A stretch of DNA of 64,000 bases from Lingula anatina (Eukaryota; Animalia; Brachiopoda): NCBI GenBank assembly GCA_051362555.1, contig CM120644.1, positions 19,552,534 through 19,616,533 of the forward strand. The letters run 5' to 3'. The position numbers and the translations under genes are program-made. The notes beneath the pieces are model-generated. The model was not told the DNA's origin, did not search any database, and worked only from the letters and a program-made list of their open reading frames with translations. Positions 24,041 through 36,210 of this stretch are shown here, in pieces (the first letter of the stretch is position 1; each line of letters opens with the position of its first letter).

Positions 24041-26270
24041 AATTCCAGCCAAAATATGTTGAACCTGGCCTCATTGACATTACTAGCTTCCTTCTGTCTA
24101 TAAAGATTGCAGACAAATTGTTCCATCACTTTTGATTTTCTTTCTGCAACTGCGAAGACTGCTCAAAGACAGGAGAAAGCCTCTATGAAGTCACTATTGC
24201 CAAAATTCATGTATATTTCAAAAGCTTTCCTCTCTCCTTTCCCCAAAAAAGGGGTTGCAGATTGTTAGAAGCACTGGAAGTTTTGGTATGCCAAGCATCG
24301 AATATTTGAATTCACTAAATGAGAATAGAATTAATAATTTTTTTTAAAGTGTGTAGATGATTCGTTGTAACTTTGCCTGCCTTAAACATAGCCAGCCATC
24401 CTGTGTTTTTCAGCAGTTCCTCCAGTTAGTCCATGTATTGAATCTTTGTAGGAAAGTGTGGGTAGTCCTGCCAAAGATTTTGTCTATTCTCTTCTGATAC
24501 TGGACTGAGCTGGGAGGTCCACAGCTGGCTTCTCCCAGACTCAACCATCTGGATCTATCACAACATTTCTTGCTGGGTCTGCTTGATACACCTAACTGTA
24601 AATCTGTAAATTTAAAAATATATATATAAGTACAAAAGAAGGTTTTACATGTACTTTCAAGTCTTTGTTGAATACAATCAGTCCTAAACAAACATATGCA
24701 TCAAAAAATAAAGAATAATTGTTGACAATGTATTTTTTTCTTCCAACACAATGTTTTAGGCACCAAACAAATTTTGTACACACCAGTCACAGCCGAGTTG
24801 TCCATTGTATTGTTTGCAGTTCCTTACCAAAGCCCGTGCAGGGCTGTCTGTGCAACAGATGAATGGAAATACGTTGAACCCCTTGAAAATGAATGCATGA
24901 AGTGAATAATGAAAAAACTCAAGCCTTAACAGATAAAATCACCGAATATTGTACCAAATATCTTTTGGCATACTAAACCAAAATGAAGTTATAATAGCTT
25001 GATCTTTGGAGAATTTACCCATTTGACCAAAAAAAAAAAAAAAGTGGAATTCCAGGATCCCTGCTGATTGAGTGTTTTGTTTTATAATTAAGTTTCTGAG
25101 ATTAAAAAAAAAATTAAAATATGGCTGCCTTGCCAAACTTGCCCACCTGTATGGCAACTATGTGGTGATCAATGGGCATACAAGAATTATCTCTTAACAC
25201 TCAGCTCAGCATGGCATGGCTTGTTGGCCTCTTCACTGTACATTGCAATCAGACACAACAAAACAGTAACCTGATTTGACAGCACTGAAGTCAAAAAGAC
25301 CTACTTGGGTTTAGGCTATTTGCAACCTTACATCTTTGATCTTTCAAAAGAGAATATTCAGTTTCTGTTTTATCTTATAGGTCTTTGGGGGGGGGGGGGC
25401 ATTTCACTTTCTTTTTGGCATATCTTGCTTTCTTCTCACTTGTGGACTCTTTCAGGGAGTCAGGAAGACATGTGTTCTATACTACATGTTATGTTCAGTT
25501 GCCTATCCAAATAAGGTAGGAAAATGTTGCCAGCATAATAATCCAATGTGTTGACACTGGCAGGAAGACTGGACAATGGTTGCACCATGTAGCACCTCAC
25601 AGTCATATGTTGATGGCTGATCTGGCTGCTTTCTTCTCAGGATTGATCTTTATAATGGCTTTTCTGAAGAGAGCTGAGGAATTCCTCTTGGTAGAAGTAT
25701 AAATGGACACTGTGCGTCCATAGAAAAGACTATCTAAAGAAACTGCTGGTGTTGTTTCTAACATGTCCATATGAAAATGCTGGGTTCTCAGTCAAATATA
25801 AAGTTTGACCTGTACTTAACTTTTTACCATATTGTTCTTCTGCTCATGGGCCTGATTGTATGGGATGACTGAAAACAATTGGCTGTTTCAGAAATCACGC
25901 AGTTTGAAGCATTTTTCAGTCTTGCACAGCAGAGACTTAAGGACAGACACCTACCTGGCCTAGTAAACATGGGTCAAGGTAAAGAAAAGGTGCTGCCTTA
26001 TTCAATGCTTCAACATGAAAGGAAAATACTTTCTCCTTATGGGCTCTGCTACACAGTAGAATGAAGGTTTCAGTATCTGATCCTAGAACGTGAGTGTTGG
26101 CCAGATTCTTATGTAGCCCAAGCCTTTTCTCCAAGTGTGAACCTCTTTTGAGCTGAGAGATTGCACAGGGTTAAGTGCAAGATGATGAGCACCGTACACT
26201 TGTTTTGAGCCAATGTGAGGCCTTCATAGAAAAAAAAGAGATCTTTCCAGTCTTCTAAGAGATGGCACCA
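24040..26270 (-). mobile_element. Academ transposase (XPG-like region) remnant, fragmented
   Basis: Collinear minus-strand motifs: DCEVLHGATIVQ...YAGNIFLPYLDRQL (~25600-25490), YSEEANK (~25235; cf. HEEADTR), F.GKG.RKAF (~24245) and MEQFVCNLY...VNEARF (~24130-24055). Confidence 0.65.
24779..24870 (-). mobile_element. EnSpm/CACTA (CMC)-like transposase fragment
   Basis: FPFICCTDSPARALVRNCKQYNGQLGCDWC (D.PAR......NG..GC..C motif). Confidence 0.7.
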
Positions 26271-29038
26271 AGGGTTTTTTCGATTGAAATTTCTGTCCAA
26301 TCTTCTTACCGCCTCTTCCCTGCCCCTACCCCAGTATTAAAATGCCTCCCTTCACCGTAAGACTTTGTTCATTAATTACTATAATTGCACTCACTGTAAT
26401 CTGGCAAATAGCGACTGATCAAATATGGTTACTGGGATTTGGCCTGGATTCAGATATTCAACTTTTTGGCCAAAAACATCCATGTCATGCTTTATTTGAT
26501 TGCCTTTATTGTGGATTCTAAAACCATCAGATAATTGATTTTTTTAAGACTTCAATTTGCTGAATGACTTTTTATTATTAAGGCAGGTTCAGTTTGAAAA
26601 TCAACACGATTTACTGTCCTGACAAATTTTTATTTATTAAAGTAGATATTGTTGCAATCCTTTTTGCTGTTTGTTATATGCATATTTACCAGCTTTGGTG
26701 TGTAGTCTTAGTTACATATGTCATATAGACTAAATCATCTTACTTTCAATATGACCTTGACTTCTGTTGTTGTGATTCAATGTAATTTGATAAATCATGA
26801 ATAAAACCAACAGCTTCATATAAGATTTTTGTGGTAGAAACGTTGCATCGTATTGTTCACCTGACATGGTGCATCACATACTGCAATTTTCCTCTCTTTT
26901 AACCCACATGACCAAGACGCACCACACCAAGCTTCAGGCACATATTACAACACTGTGTACAATCATTAAAAATATATATAGGGTAGACAATTGCCAAAGA
27001 CACCAAAAGTAAGTTTCTTTATGGGGAATTATCTGAGATATGTATATTTTTGTAGAATTCCATAAATTGGTGACCATCTTGAACGATTTGCCCAAATGTG
27101 GTTATTCTCCAGAGGGTTAGGAGGCTAGTATGATTTAGTATGTCAAAAGGTATCTATATATGTACACCTGCAAAATTTGGTGTTTTTGTCCAGCTAGCTG
27201 CCAATTATAGATGATGTCCTTAAAAATCTATCATGTGCTGAGATTGTGACTGATTGTGATTGCAATGTGTCCAGCATGCACCACTGTCACAATCTATGAA
27301 AGCAGGGCAAAGTGTCTCTTATTCATTTCAGTACTGTTTACAAATATTAGTAATTTATGAAGATTAATTAAAAGTGTAAAGTAGCCATAGAAATTTGAAG
27401 TCAATAATGATATTTTTTTATTTATCAAAGGGGCTAGTAAGAGAACACATATCAGTATAAATTCATGGTAATCTCTAGTAATCTCAAAGTATCTTATTGT
27501 TTCGTAACTTTTTGTCAAATTTGCCATTTTTGAGTACAACTTTTTGGGGAACCAGCTATATTGTTCTATAGTACTGTTAAGATAATATGGACATGCAGTC
27601 ATCCTTTTAGATTTTAGAGTCATCAAAATTACTTTATAAACTGTCCTTTGAGAAGTCAGTCCATCAATTCTGCAGGTATGTTAAGTTGGATGTTGTCTAT
27701 GTCCCAGATATTACTATGGACTTGGAGATCTTCCATTTATAAAGCACCTTCAGTTTGTCTTTTAGCCAAACTGTGTGAACTGACAGTGTATTAATAAAAT
27801 GCTTTGTTAATATTCTTATGCTGGCTTATATTTGGCTTTCTGCCTTTCTTTTCTGAAATATGCCTGCTCATCCCAAGCGCTAAGTTGTTTTCTTAATTTT
27901 TTTTTGTACAAAATTGGAGCAAACTTGCATGAGCAGATGGTCTTTTGGAAAGAACAGTCTGTTACTTGTGTGAACTATTTACTTGAACAGGTTATTGTGT
28001 CGTTCTGCTAGCTAAATTCATAATCTTGGCAGATGTTGGGAAATCTGACATAACATTGGAGGTTACTTTGCCTGGTGTTTCAGATATGCCTCCAATGAGG
28101 TGCAGATTGTCAAAGTTCCTAAATGTTATCAATAACACAAACACATTCCCTAAGTGCAACCTCTACCCATGTTTTAATTAGCTTTAATAAATCATTAATT
28201 GATTTTATTTTATTAAACTATTTAACAGCAGATAGAAATTCATTTAATTTTCATGTAACCCTGCTAACAAAAACACATTTTAATTAGCTTTAATTGAGCA
28301 TGAATTGAAATTTATTAAATGGCTAATATCATTAAAGAATTCTGGTCACGTTTAAATCCATTTCTCGAAATTTGTAAATTCAACAATCAATCCATACACT
28401 ATAGATATGTTTGAATCAACACCCACCTTTTAAATAGTATAAAAACCTTCTATTAGTAGAAAAACCATTTTAGTAAACCTCACCTCAATATGCAAAAATG
28501 AAGCAACAGATCTGGGTAACGTGATAGTAAGACAATATAGATGATAAAGGAGAAGGGCCGGAAGATTTAAGATTCCAGGATCAAGGAATTGCATAAAAAT
28601 AAGTATGAACTGAGTAAACAAGTTTTTGGTACACATATTAAATAATTTAACAGAAAACAAGTAAAAACCCTGTCAGTACAATATAATTTATTACACACTG
28701 TGTTGATCCCTGAAAATGAATGCACAAATTGTTATCTGAATATTGGGATTGTAATCAATGGTAGCGTGGGTCATACGAAGGATGGCAGAAACAATGGAAG
28801 TGAGGTCACTTCTGTGCTGATGTCATTTTCTCCCAGTTGACAAAAACTATATCTAAGTTTGCTGCCTAAATAGTAATGAGTTGTCTGTCAAATTCTGATT
28901 GAGAAATTCCAAAATAATTACTCATAAAAGATTCATCAAATGCTTCATTTAAGACTTCCATTTGAGGGTTATCAAGAGGGAGATACAGAACATTTATGAA
29001 GTGATGCTGAAGTGATTTATTTATTCTTTGTAGTTTAA

Positions 29039-29375
29039 AGGGATAATAACTCTTCGTATGAAATCTGTATTTCACAATAAAAACATTGTGAGTGACTCAT
29101 AAAAATATAATATATACTGTTTTCCCACAAAAACGGCTGTTATAGCTTTTATTCTGATATCTGAGCTTGTCTTTAGACCACGTGACCTCCATTGATGGCT
29201 ATACTCTGTTAAAATCTCTTAAGAGATTTTAACAAAAAACCAAACTTTTTAGAAAAAAACCAGGGACTAACTTTGAATGTAAAAATGGATTCATTAACCA
29301 TTGGTAAGTATGGGAAAATTGTTGTTTACTCCAGGAAAATTCATTTTTTGGCCGAAACGAAGAGTTATTATCACT
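29039..29375. mobile_element. Kolobok-like MITE, inverted relative to the 22216 copy
   Basis: TTAA|AGGGATAATAACTCTTCG...GAAGAGTTATTATCACT|TTAA. Confidence 0.85.
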
Positions 29376-29399
29376 TTAAGGCATCTGGCCAACAATACA

Positions 29400-30245
29400 T
29401 TACAATCTGTATAAACACAGAAGACATATACAATCAAGGCTTTACATACAGAAATAAATTATAAATATACCATACATATACAAGTATTTCATTTACATAT
29501 CTGGAAGGTTAACATTGTTATCTACTATTTTACTTCTTAGAGCAAAGGCGTTTAATAAAAATCTAGCCAGTGAGAAAATACTCTCTCTCGTCAGACATTA
29601 TAGTTGTAAACAAATGTTTATTTGGAAAGCAGGATGTCCATTCGGTTCTAAAGTATTTCAGTCTGAATTCATCATACAAGGGGCATAAAAGTAAAAAATG
29701 CATTTCGTCTTCAATTCTGTAAATGCCTAGTTTAAGGCATGAGCTCATGACTTGAGCAATGAAAATTTGAAAGTATTTTCCTTTGCTTGTAGGTTAAAGG
29801 CAGTGAAAGGTATCGTTCAGGATTTAAAGCGCTTTTGTAGAGTTTATAACTGATGCATTTAGATGATACATTAATATCGGAAAATGTAGTTTGTTGTGCA
29901 CAATCTGTTATTCTAGTTCTAAATAAACTTAAAAACGCCTCTGTGTCCCTGATATCGTTAGCTATCCAGGCGTATCCAAAAACATAATGAAATAATAAGT
30001 TTTTAATACAAGTTGCCCAGGATGACCTTCCTTCAGTGTCTAAACGGCGTGAATTTGTTCAACTTTTGCGCACTGTTGAAATCCCCATATTTCTGCTGCA
30101 TATATTAAAATCGGTTTCACAGTTGCATCGAACAATTTAAAGGCTTCTTGATAATCAAAATATCCAAAATATTTTTGACAGCAAAATATTGCATTAGATG
30201 CCTTTATCGCTTGTTATGACAAATGTTCCTGCGTTCTAGACCAAG
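29400..30245 (-). mobile_element. CR1/L2-group LINE ORF2 3' remnant
   Basis: LFDATVKPILIYAAEIWG...WATCIKNL...FGYAW...IEDEMHFLLLCPLYDEFRLKY. Confidence 0.8.
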
Positions 30246-30249
30246 CACA

Positions 30250-30445
30250 TTGTCATCAGTTGGTCCTATCTGTTCCACATTCTGGTAGATATTAACTTCA
30301 ATCAGGTCTCCGTTAAGACACACTGGAGAAGGCAGCCACATGCATGATGCAATTTTCATTTTCTAGTCTGTCTTCTATGGGGCTCAGCTCACGACAACAT
30401 ATGCATTCTAGTCCATTAGACATTGGATGACATGTACACTTAAAT
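30250..30445 (-). mobile_element. P2X7 C-terminal-like Cys-rich domain fragment (transposon accessory protein)
   Basis: CTCHPMSNGLECICCRELSPIEDRLENENCIMH..FSSV. Confidence 0.6.
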
Positions 30446-30516
30446 TGCATTTATGGTAAAAACGAGGTTGGTTTGAATTTGCCGACTGGCAAGTGGGGCG
30501 GCTTTGGGACGGCATA

Positions 30517-31316
30517 CGGTAAAGTCTTGAAAATTTCGTCGCTTAAAAATTAATTAATATTTTTAATTGTGTAAATCCGACTAATTTTTCAAAATTACCT
30601 CTCCCCGACTCCTGGGTATGACGAAATTTTCAAAAATCCGGTCTTTGGGCTTTTATCCTTAGCGACTGTTATCTTTGACCCTCCTATAGTGTGGGATATT
30701 TATTACTACTTCTTAAGTCATTTTCTGGTGGTAAATAATAATCTATTTATTAGTGCATCTCGATTAAGTTATATTTAACTTACTTTGTACCCGAAAACAT
30801 GTTGAGAATTATTTTCTCGGTAAGAAACATACCTCCTGATAGAGGAGAAGGATCAAGATAAGCCTAATTGCAACCTTGCATCATAACCTGGACGCGACAT
30901 GTTAAAAAAAATTACGCACTTGGGAACGTTTGTTGCATGCAGGGCTTTTCCCAGGATTGAGCCTCAGGCCTTCTAAAATTAACATCTGTAACTTCCTTAA
31001 AATTTACTGGGAGTTAAAATAATGATCTCCCGTTGACGATCTTCCGCAATTTAAGTTCCTTGAACTAATATGAAAACCGCATTTTATTATTTCTTACATC
31101 GCGAACAATCTCCCGATGAAGATGTGAAAATTGCCTTTTCGTCTAGCAAGGATCGCGAACGATCTCCCTCTGATATGATCTTACGCGAACAAAGTCCTGA
31201 GAAACCATGTCCTGAGAATATTACGCGAACGATTCTCCGCCGAAGATATACCGTGAGCGGGGCAGGGGGCGGATTAAAGATAAAATGAAAATGAATATTA
31301 TAAAAAAATCCAAAGT

Positions 31317-31347
<31 letters not shown>

Positions 31348-33168
31348 GGGGGGGGTTAAATAATCATCTCCCGCTGCGATCTTCCGCAAACGAAGTTCCC
31401 TAAATCCCTTGAACTAATATGAAAATTGCATTTCATTCTTGCTTTCATCGCGGACGATCTCCCAATGATGATATGAAAATTGCCTTTTCGTCTCGCTCGG
31501 GTCGCGAACGATCTCCCTCTGACGATTTTACGCGAACGAAGTCCTGACGATAGTACGCAAACGATTCTCCGCCGAAGATATGGCGTGAGCGGGGATGGGG
31601 GGTTTAAGATAAAACGAAATATATATATTATTTATAGTATTCAGAGGGGGAGGCGGTGTTAAAATAATGATCTCCCGCTGACGATCGTTCGCAAACTAAC
31701 TTCCTTAAACTAATATGAAAACTGCACTTTATTATTGCTTACATCGCGAACAATCTCCCGATGAAGATATGAAAATTGCCTTTAGGCCTACGTCAAGCTA
31801 GGATCGCGAACGATCTCCCTCTGATATGATCTTACGCGAACAAAGTCCTGAGGATATTACGCGAACGATTCTCCGCCGAAGATATACCTTGAGCGGGGGA
31901 AGGGGGGTGCGGATTAAAGATCAAATGAAAATGAATATTTTTTAAAAATCCAAAGTGTGTGTGTGTGTGTGTGTGGGGAGGGGGGGGGGTAATTAATATC
32001 CCGCTGACGATCTTCCGCGAACGAAGTTCCCTAAATCCCTTGAACTAATATGAAAATTGCATTTCAGTCTTGCTTACATCGCCAACGATCTCCCGATGAT
32101 GATATGAAAATTGCCTTTTCGTCTCGCTCGGATCGCGAACGATCTCCCTCTGACGATCTTACGCGAACAAAGTCTTGACGATATAACGCGAACGATTCTC
32201 CGCTGAAGATATGCCGTGAGCGGGGGAAGGGGGGGTTAAAGATAAAATGAAAAATATATATTATTTATAAAATTCAAAGGGGGAGGTGGGGTTAAAATAA
32301 TGATCTCCCGCTGACGATCTTCCACGAACGAAGTTCCCTTGAACAAATATGAAAAGTGCATTTTATTCTCGCTTACATCGCGAACGATCTCCCGCTGAAG
32401 ATATGAAGATTGCCTTTTCGTCTCTCTCGATATCGCAAACGATCTCCCGCTGATGATCTTATGCGAACGGAGTCCGCTACAAATATGAAAATTATCTTCT
32501 CGTCTCGTTTGGATCGCGAACGATCTGTTGGCGGTATTACGCGAACGATTCTAAGCTGAAGATATGAAAATTGCCATCTCGTCCCATTCGCATTGCGAAC
32601 GATCTCCACGTACTAGCCAGGTAATCGTTAAATGGTCCTAAATTGAACATGGACATGAATAGAAGTGACGGGTACATTTCACGTCGAGATAATATCTTGA
32701 TTTTTTCATTGTGTCTTCCCCATTTAGGACAGCCGCCGATAACAATAACGGCGTTACAAATGACAAAGCCGCGGCCTGTGACTTCTATTTGCCGGCTTGA
32801 TAACACAGGTAATAGTAATGCAACTAAAGACAAAAGGCCGACGTTCCCGCAACTGAGAACGGGAATTCACATCTTAACCATCTATATTGTGAGTAACCGC
32901 TCGCAGGGGCGCACTATTGTTCCTATCTCCCATTGAGAGTGTTATCGGCAATGATATCCTGATCGTATCATTGTCTTGAATCAACTGACGCATTAACTTC
33001 ATGTTTGAGCTGGACAACGCGGCCATTTTTGGTGACGAACTTTTCAAAAATTATCGAGTATCTCATTTTCAAGGTCGACGAAGTTTTCAAAGGGAAAAAA
33101 ATTACGTCGGTGGAAAATCGTCTGCCGACGAAATTTTCAAGAATGACGAAATTTTCAAGACTTTACCG
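30517..33168 (+). mobile_element. 2.65-kb non-autonomous TIR element with TA TSD and internal CGCG-rich tandem array (copy 1)
   Basis: TA|CGGTAAAGTCTTGAAAATTTCGTC ... GACGAAATTTTCAAGACTTTACCG|TA. Internal ~300-350-bp repeats at 31020-32610. Confidence 0.9.
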
Positions 33169-33409
33169 TATGCTTAATTGTCTTTTTGTACAAATATGCA
33201 ATCTTAAGTAGTGTAATGACTGGATTGATTGCAAGATCTAGAAGTTTAATGATTTTCTGCAATGACAATAAAATTAACTCCATAGTTTTGATCAACTATA
33301 AACAAACGTACTTTCTCCTACCATTCAGTATTTTCTAGGGGTGGATCCTCCCACTCATTAGCTGAAAAATCTCCTTCAACCTCTGATTCATCGTAATGCT
33401 TACTTTCGA

Positions 33410-33600
33410 GGGGCGGGGGGTCCAATTGACACCGTTTTTTCTCCCAAAAATTATTTGTTCAAGCAGCTTGTGTGGGTAGGGGCATTGTCTTGAAAAAAGC
33501 AGTGGCCTTCAGGGAGAGTTTCACTAAGGAATGGCAGATGGAAGTCTTATATAAATTCAACATTCATCAGCCCTGAAAGTTTGGTTGCACCCATTTCAGA
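33410..33600 (-). mobile_element. Tc1-like DDE fragment
   Basis: LPFLSETLPEGHCFFQDNAPTHTS...F.GENGVNW. Confidence 0.65.
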
Positions 33601-33705
33601 AATCCCTGAAAAAATTATATGTAAAGTGTTTTACATTAACATTTCATGAAGCAGTGTTGTTCACTGATGTGTAAGTGAAATCAGTGAATTTACAAAAGTC
33701 AATAA

Positions 33706-33707
<2 letters not shown>

Positions 33708-33772
<65 letters not shown>
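33708..33772. repeat. (TG)n(TA)n microsatellite
   Basis: Direct reading. Confidence 0.95.
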
Positions 33773-33778
<6 letters not shown>

Positions 33779-33897
33779 ATTAATTTATGAGTTTTTTTAT
33801 CATTCTCAAAATAATGTATTGGATATAAAATATATACAATAACATATATACATTTTCGACAAGTCAATAAAACAACAAAAGTAAATAAATATTTTAC

Positions 33898-34911
33898 CTG
33901 TACATTTAGGCTGTGTCTGCCCTTTCTGTTCACAAAATCTGGCTCCCTAGCCCCAGTTGGTGCCAGTATATGTACGTGAGTACAGTCGATGGCACCTATT
34001 ACATTGGGCATTCATGTGGAAAATTTTGAAGAAGTTATGAAAAGAAGTTACCAAATATATATTGATGGCCACTTGACCTCCATATGCTGGTTTTGAATCC
34101 AAATATTTCGCTTTTCTTGCAACCGCTCTCCCTACTTTAGCTAACGTTCCATATTGCCCGCCATTGTTTATCCACTAAGCGCAACATGACCTACTTTATA
34201 TCTGTAGGTGAGACGAATGCAATATTGTAAGCGCCCTCTATGTTTTTGAACGCTGTCTAATTTAAATTGGGTCAATTGAAGGTTGTGCACTTACCGGCAA
34301 GTTGGAAAAAGCCCTTCTTTACTTCTTCAAGTCGCCTTCCATTAGGAAACTGTACGAACTGTCCTGCAAGACGTGTTATTTCCACAGTAACTCTTCTTAT
34401 CACTCTGGACACAGTTGCTTTGGATATCCTGGGGATTGTATCCCTGACAACAAACATAAACAAACCAATGGCTACAAATCCCAAAGTTATCAATAACTGA
34501 AATAATGCCGGTATTGAGTGACTTCTATTGGTTGGAGGTTGAATTGTATTAATAATAAACTGGAGGATAAATAAAATAGAATGTCTTCTAAACCTAAAAC
34601 GCTCCCTCAGCTGATCGTCATTAAAATAATCTAAAGGATTTTCACGGTCTCTGAAGACACGCTCTCTTCGAACAGCTTGACGATGAAGATTATGAACAAC
34701 TGCGGCAGCGGCCATTTTGCTGATAGCGACAACTTAAGTCTCCTCCCGAGGAGGCTTGACATCGTCGACTTACAGCTAAGAAAAAAACGACGTAAGCGAC
34801 GTTTTAGATTCTTTGTGAAACGGGACTTAGTGACGTAACGACTTAATTACGTTGGTAACCAAGCCCTAAGTCAGGGAAACCGACTTAAGTTTTTTTGTGA
34901 AACGGGGGCCT
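33898..34911 (-). mobile_element. Harbinger element 5' end with spliced HARBI1-like transposase exons
   Basis: TIR AGGCCCCCGTTTCAC at 34911. Exon 1, 34715-34294: RRERVFRDRENPLD...RERFRF...QLLITL..A.G. Exon 2, 34011-33898: PNVIGAIDCTHVHI...FVNRKGRHSLNVQ. Confidence 0.9.
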
Positions 34912-34984
34912 GGTCATTCTGCATATAGGTGAGGCACTGTGCTTGTAGGTTTTATCAGCATGGAAGCGTGTGCGTGTCTTCACA

Positions 34985-35112
34985 TCTTGAGATCTGCTGG
35001 GATCTAGGGCGTCACATGGTTTGCTGTTACTTTATATGTGCACGTCCCTGTGCAGTCCCCATATGCGCAGCAGACATCCCAGGATGCTCTTGGCAGTGAT
35101 AAAAACACTACA
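34985..35112 (+). repeat. ~130-bp diverged direct repeat, second copy at 44170-44302
   Basis: Shared GGGATCTAGG..TCACATGGTT.GCTGTTACTTTATATGTG...GCAGTCCCCAT...CCCAGGAT..TCTTGGCAGTGA. Confidence 0.8.
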
Positions 35113-36069
35113 TATGATTTAACACAATTTCTTTGCATTTCATTTATATACCAGGTAATTTCTCTAAAGATAGTTATTAGTATTAATCATCAAACCAAAG
35201 GGATAATGCAGTTTTGGTTCCACAACAAACATTTTCTTTATTGGACTCTTTTAGTTTGAAGAATTGTGATGCTGAGCATGAAATAGATAATTGCGTGTCA
35301 AATCACTGGAGGTTGTCACATGAACAGTAAAGACAAAAATACAAAGACAATACTAAGTTGGACTCCAGATCATTTATCTGAAAATGAAATTTAGCACTAG
35401 TAGCTATAGGCTTTTGTCTTTTGTCCCCCTTCCCCCTCCAATGCAACAAATTATATCCCTCATGAATAGGCTTTAACACCAATGTTAATAAAATTAAAGC
35501 CCTATAACGTGTGTGTGTGTATGTGTGTGTGTGTGTATATATGTATATATATAGTAAGCAACCTTGTCAGCTTTCACAGCAGCAATTTTCTCCTTGACTG
35601 CTTTATTTCTATCAGGTCCATGGTGGCAGTCTATGATGATTTCACTGAAGATCATGAAAGGTATCACGTCAAATTCTAACCATCCAAGTAAAGTAACTTG
35701 TCTTTGATTCTGTAGTACATGTTTAAGATATACTTAGTGTTCACACTTCAAACAATCCCTTTACTTCTTTATTGGCAAATGTGTTCCTTATCAGATTGGT
35801 GCCAATTTCAGTGCCAAATTTTCGACCTACATGTGGAAACTGTAAGTGTTGCACCATGCAGGTCCATTTTTCTTCATTCTCCTTTGATCTTGATATCATC
35901 TGATTACCTCTCACTATGATGCTACAGCGTCACTGGAATTTAATCTTACCAAAAGGTTGCATCTTGCTTCTTATCTACATTTAAGTCTAATCTGGACATG
36001 TATGGGGAATAAACATTGAAATAAAAATAATAAAACCATGGATTTATGATTTCTCTCAATACCCCTTAG

Positions 36070-36210
36070 CTAGAAACTGTCTTTTCCACTCCTCAAAAGA
36101 TGAATTGTCTGTCTCGGCACAGTACCAGTTTCCATAGTATTGTCTATGTGCAAGGGCCTTGCGTTCTGTGTTGCACTTTTTACAGACATATACACAGATG
36201 AAGTCTTTTT
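36070..36210 (-). other. Cys/His-rich C-terminal fragment of a probable DNA-transposon protein
   Basis: YVCKKCNTERKALAHRQYYGNWYCAETDNSSFEEWKRQF. Confidence 0.45.

Noticed and set aside
32449-32480. Additional hammerhead cores at other CTGATGA sites (e.g. 32450, 59487, 4365)
   Set aside because: No stem II followed by GAAA and a closing stem I
31070-33211. ORFs within the CGCG-repeat element (and mirrors at 55504-57093)
   Set aside because: Translations of tandem repeats with no domain similarity
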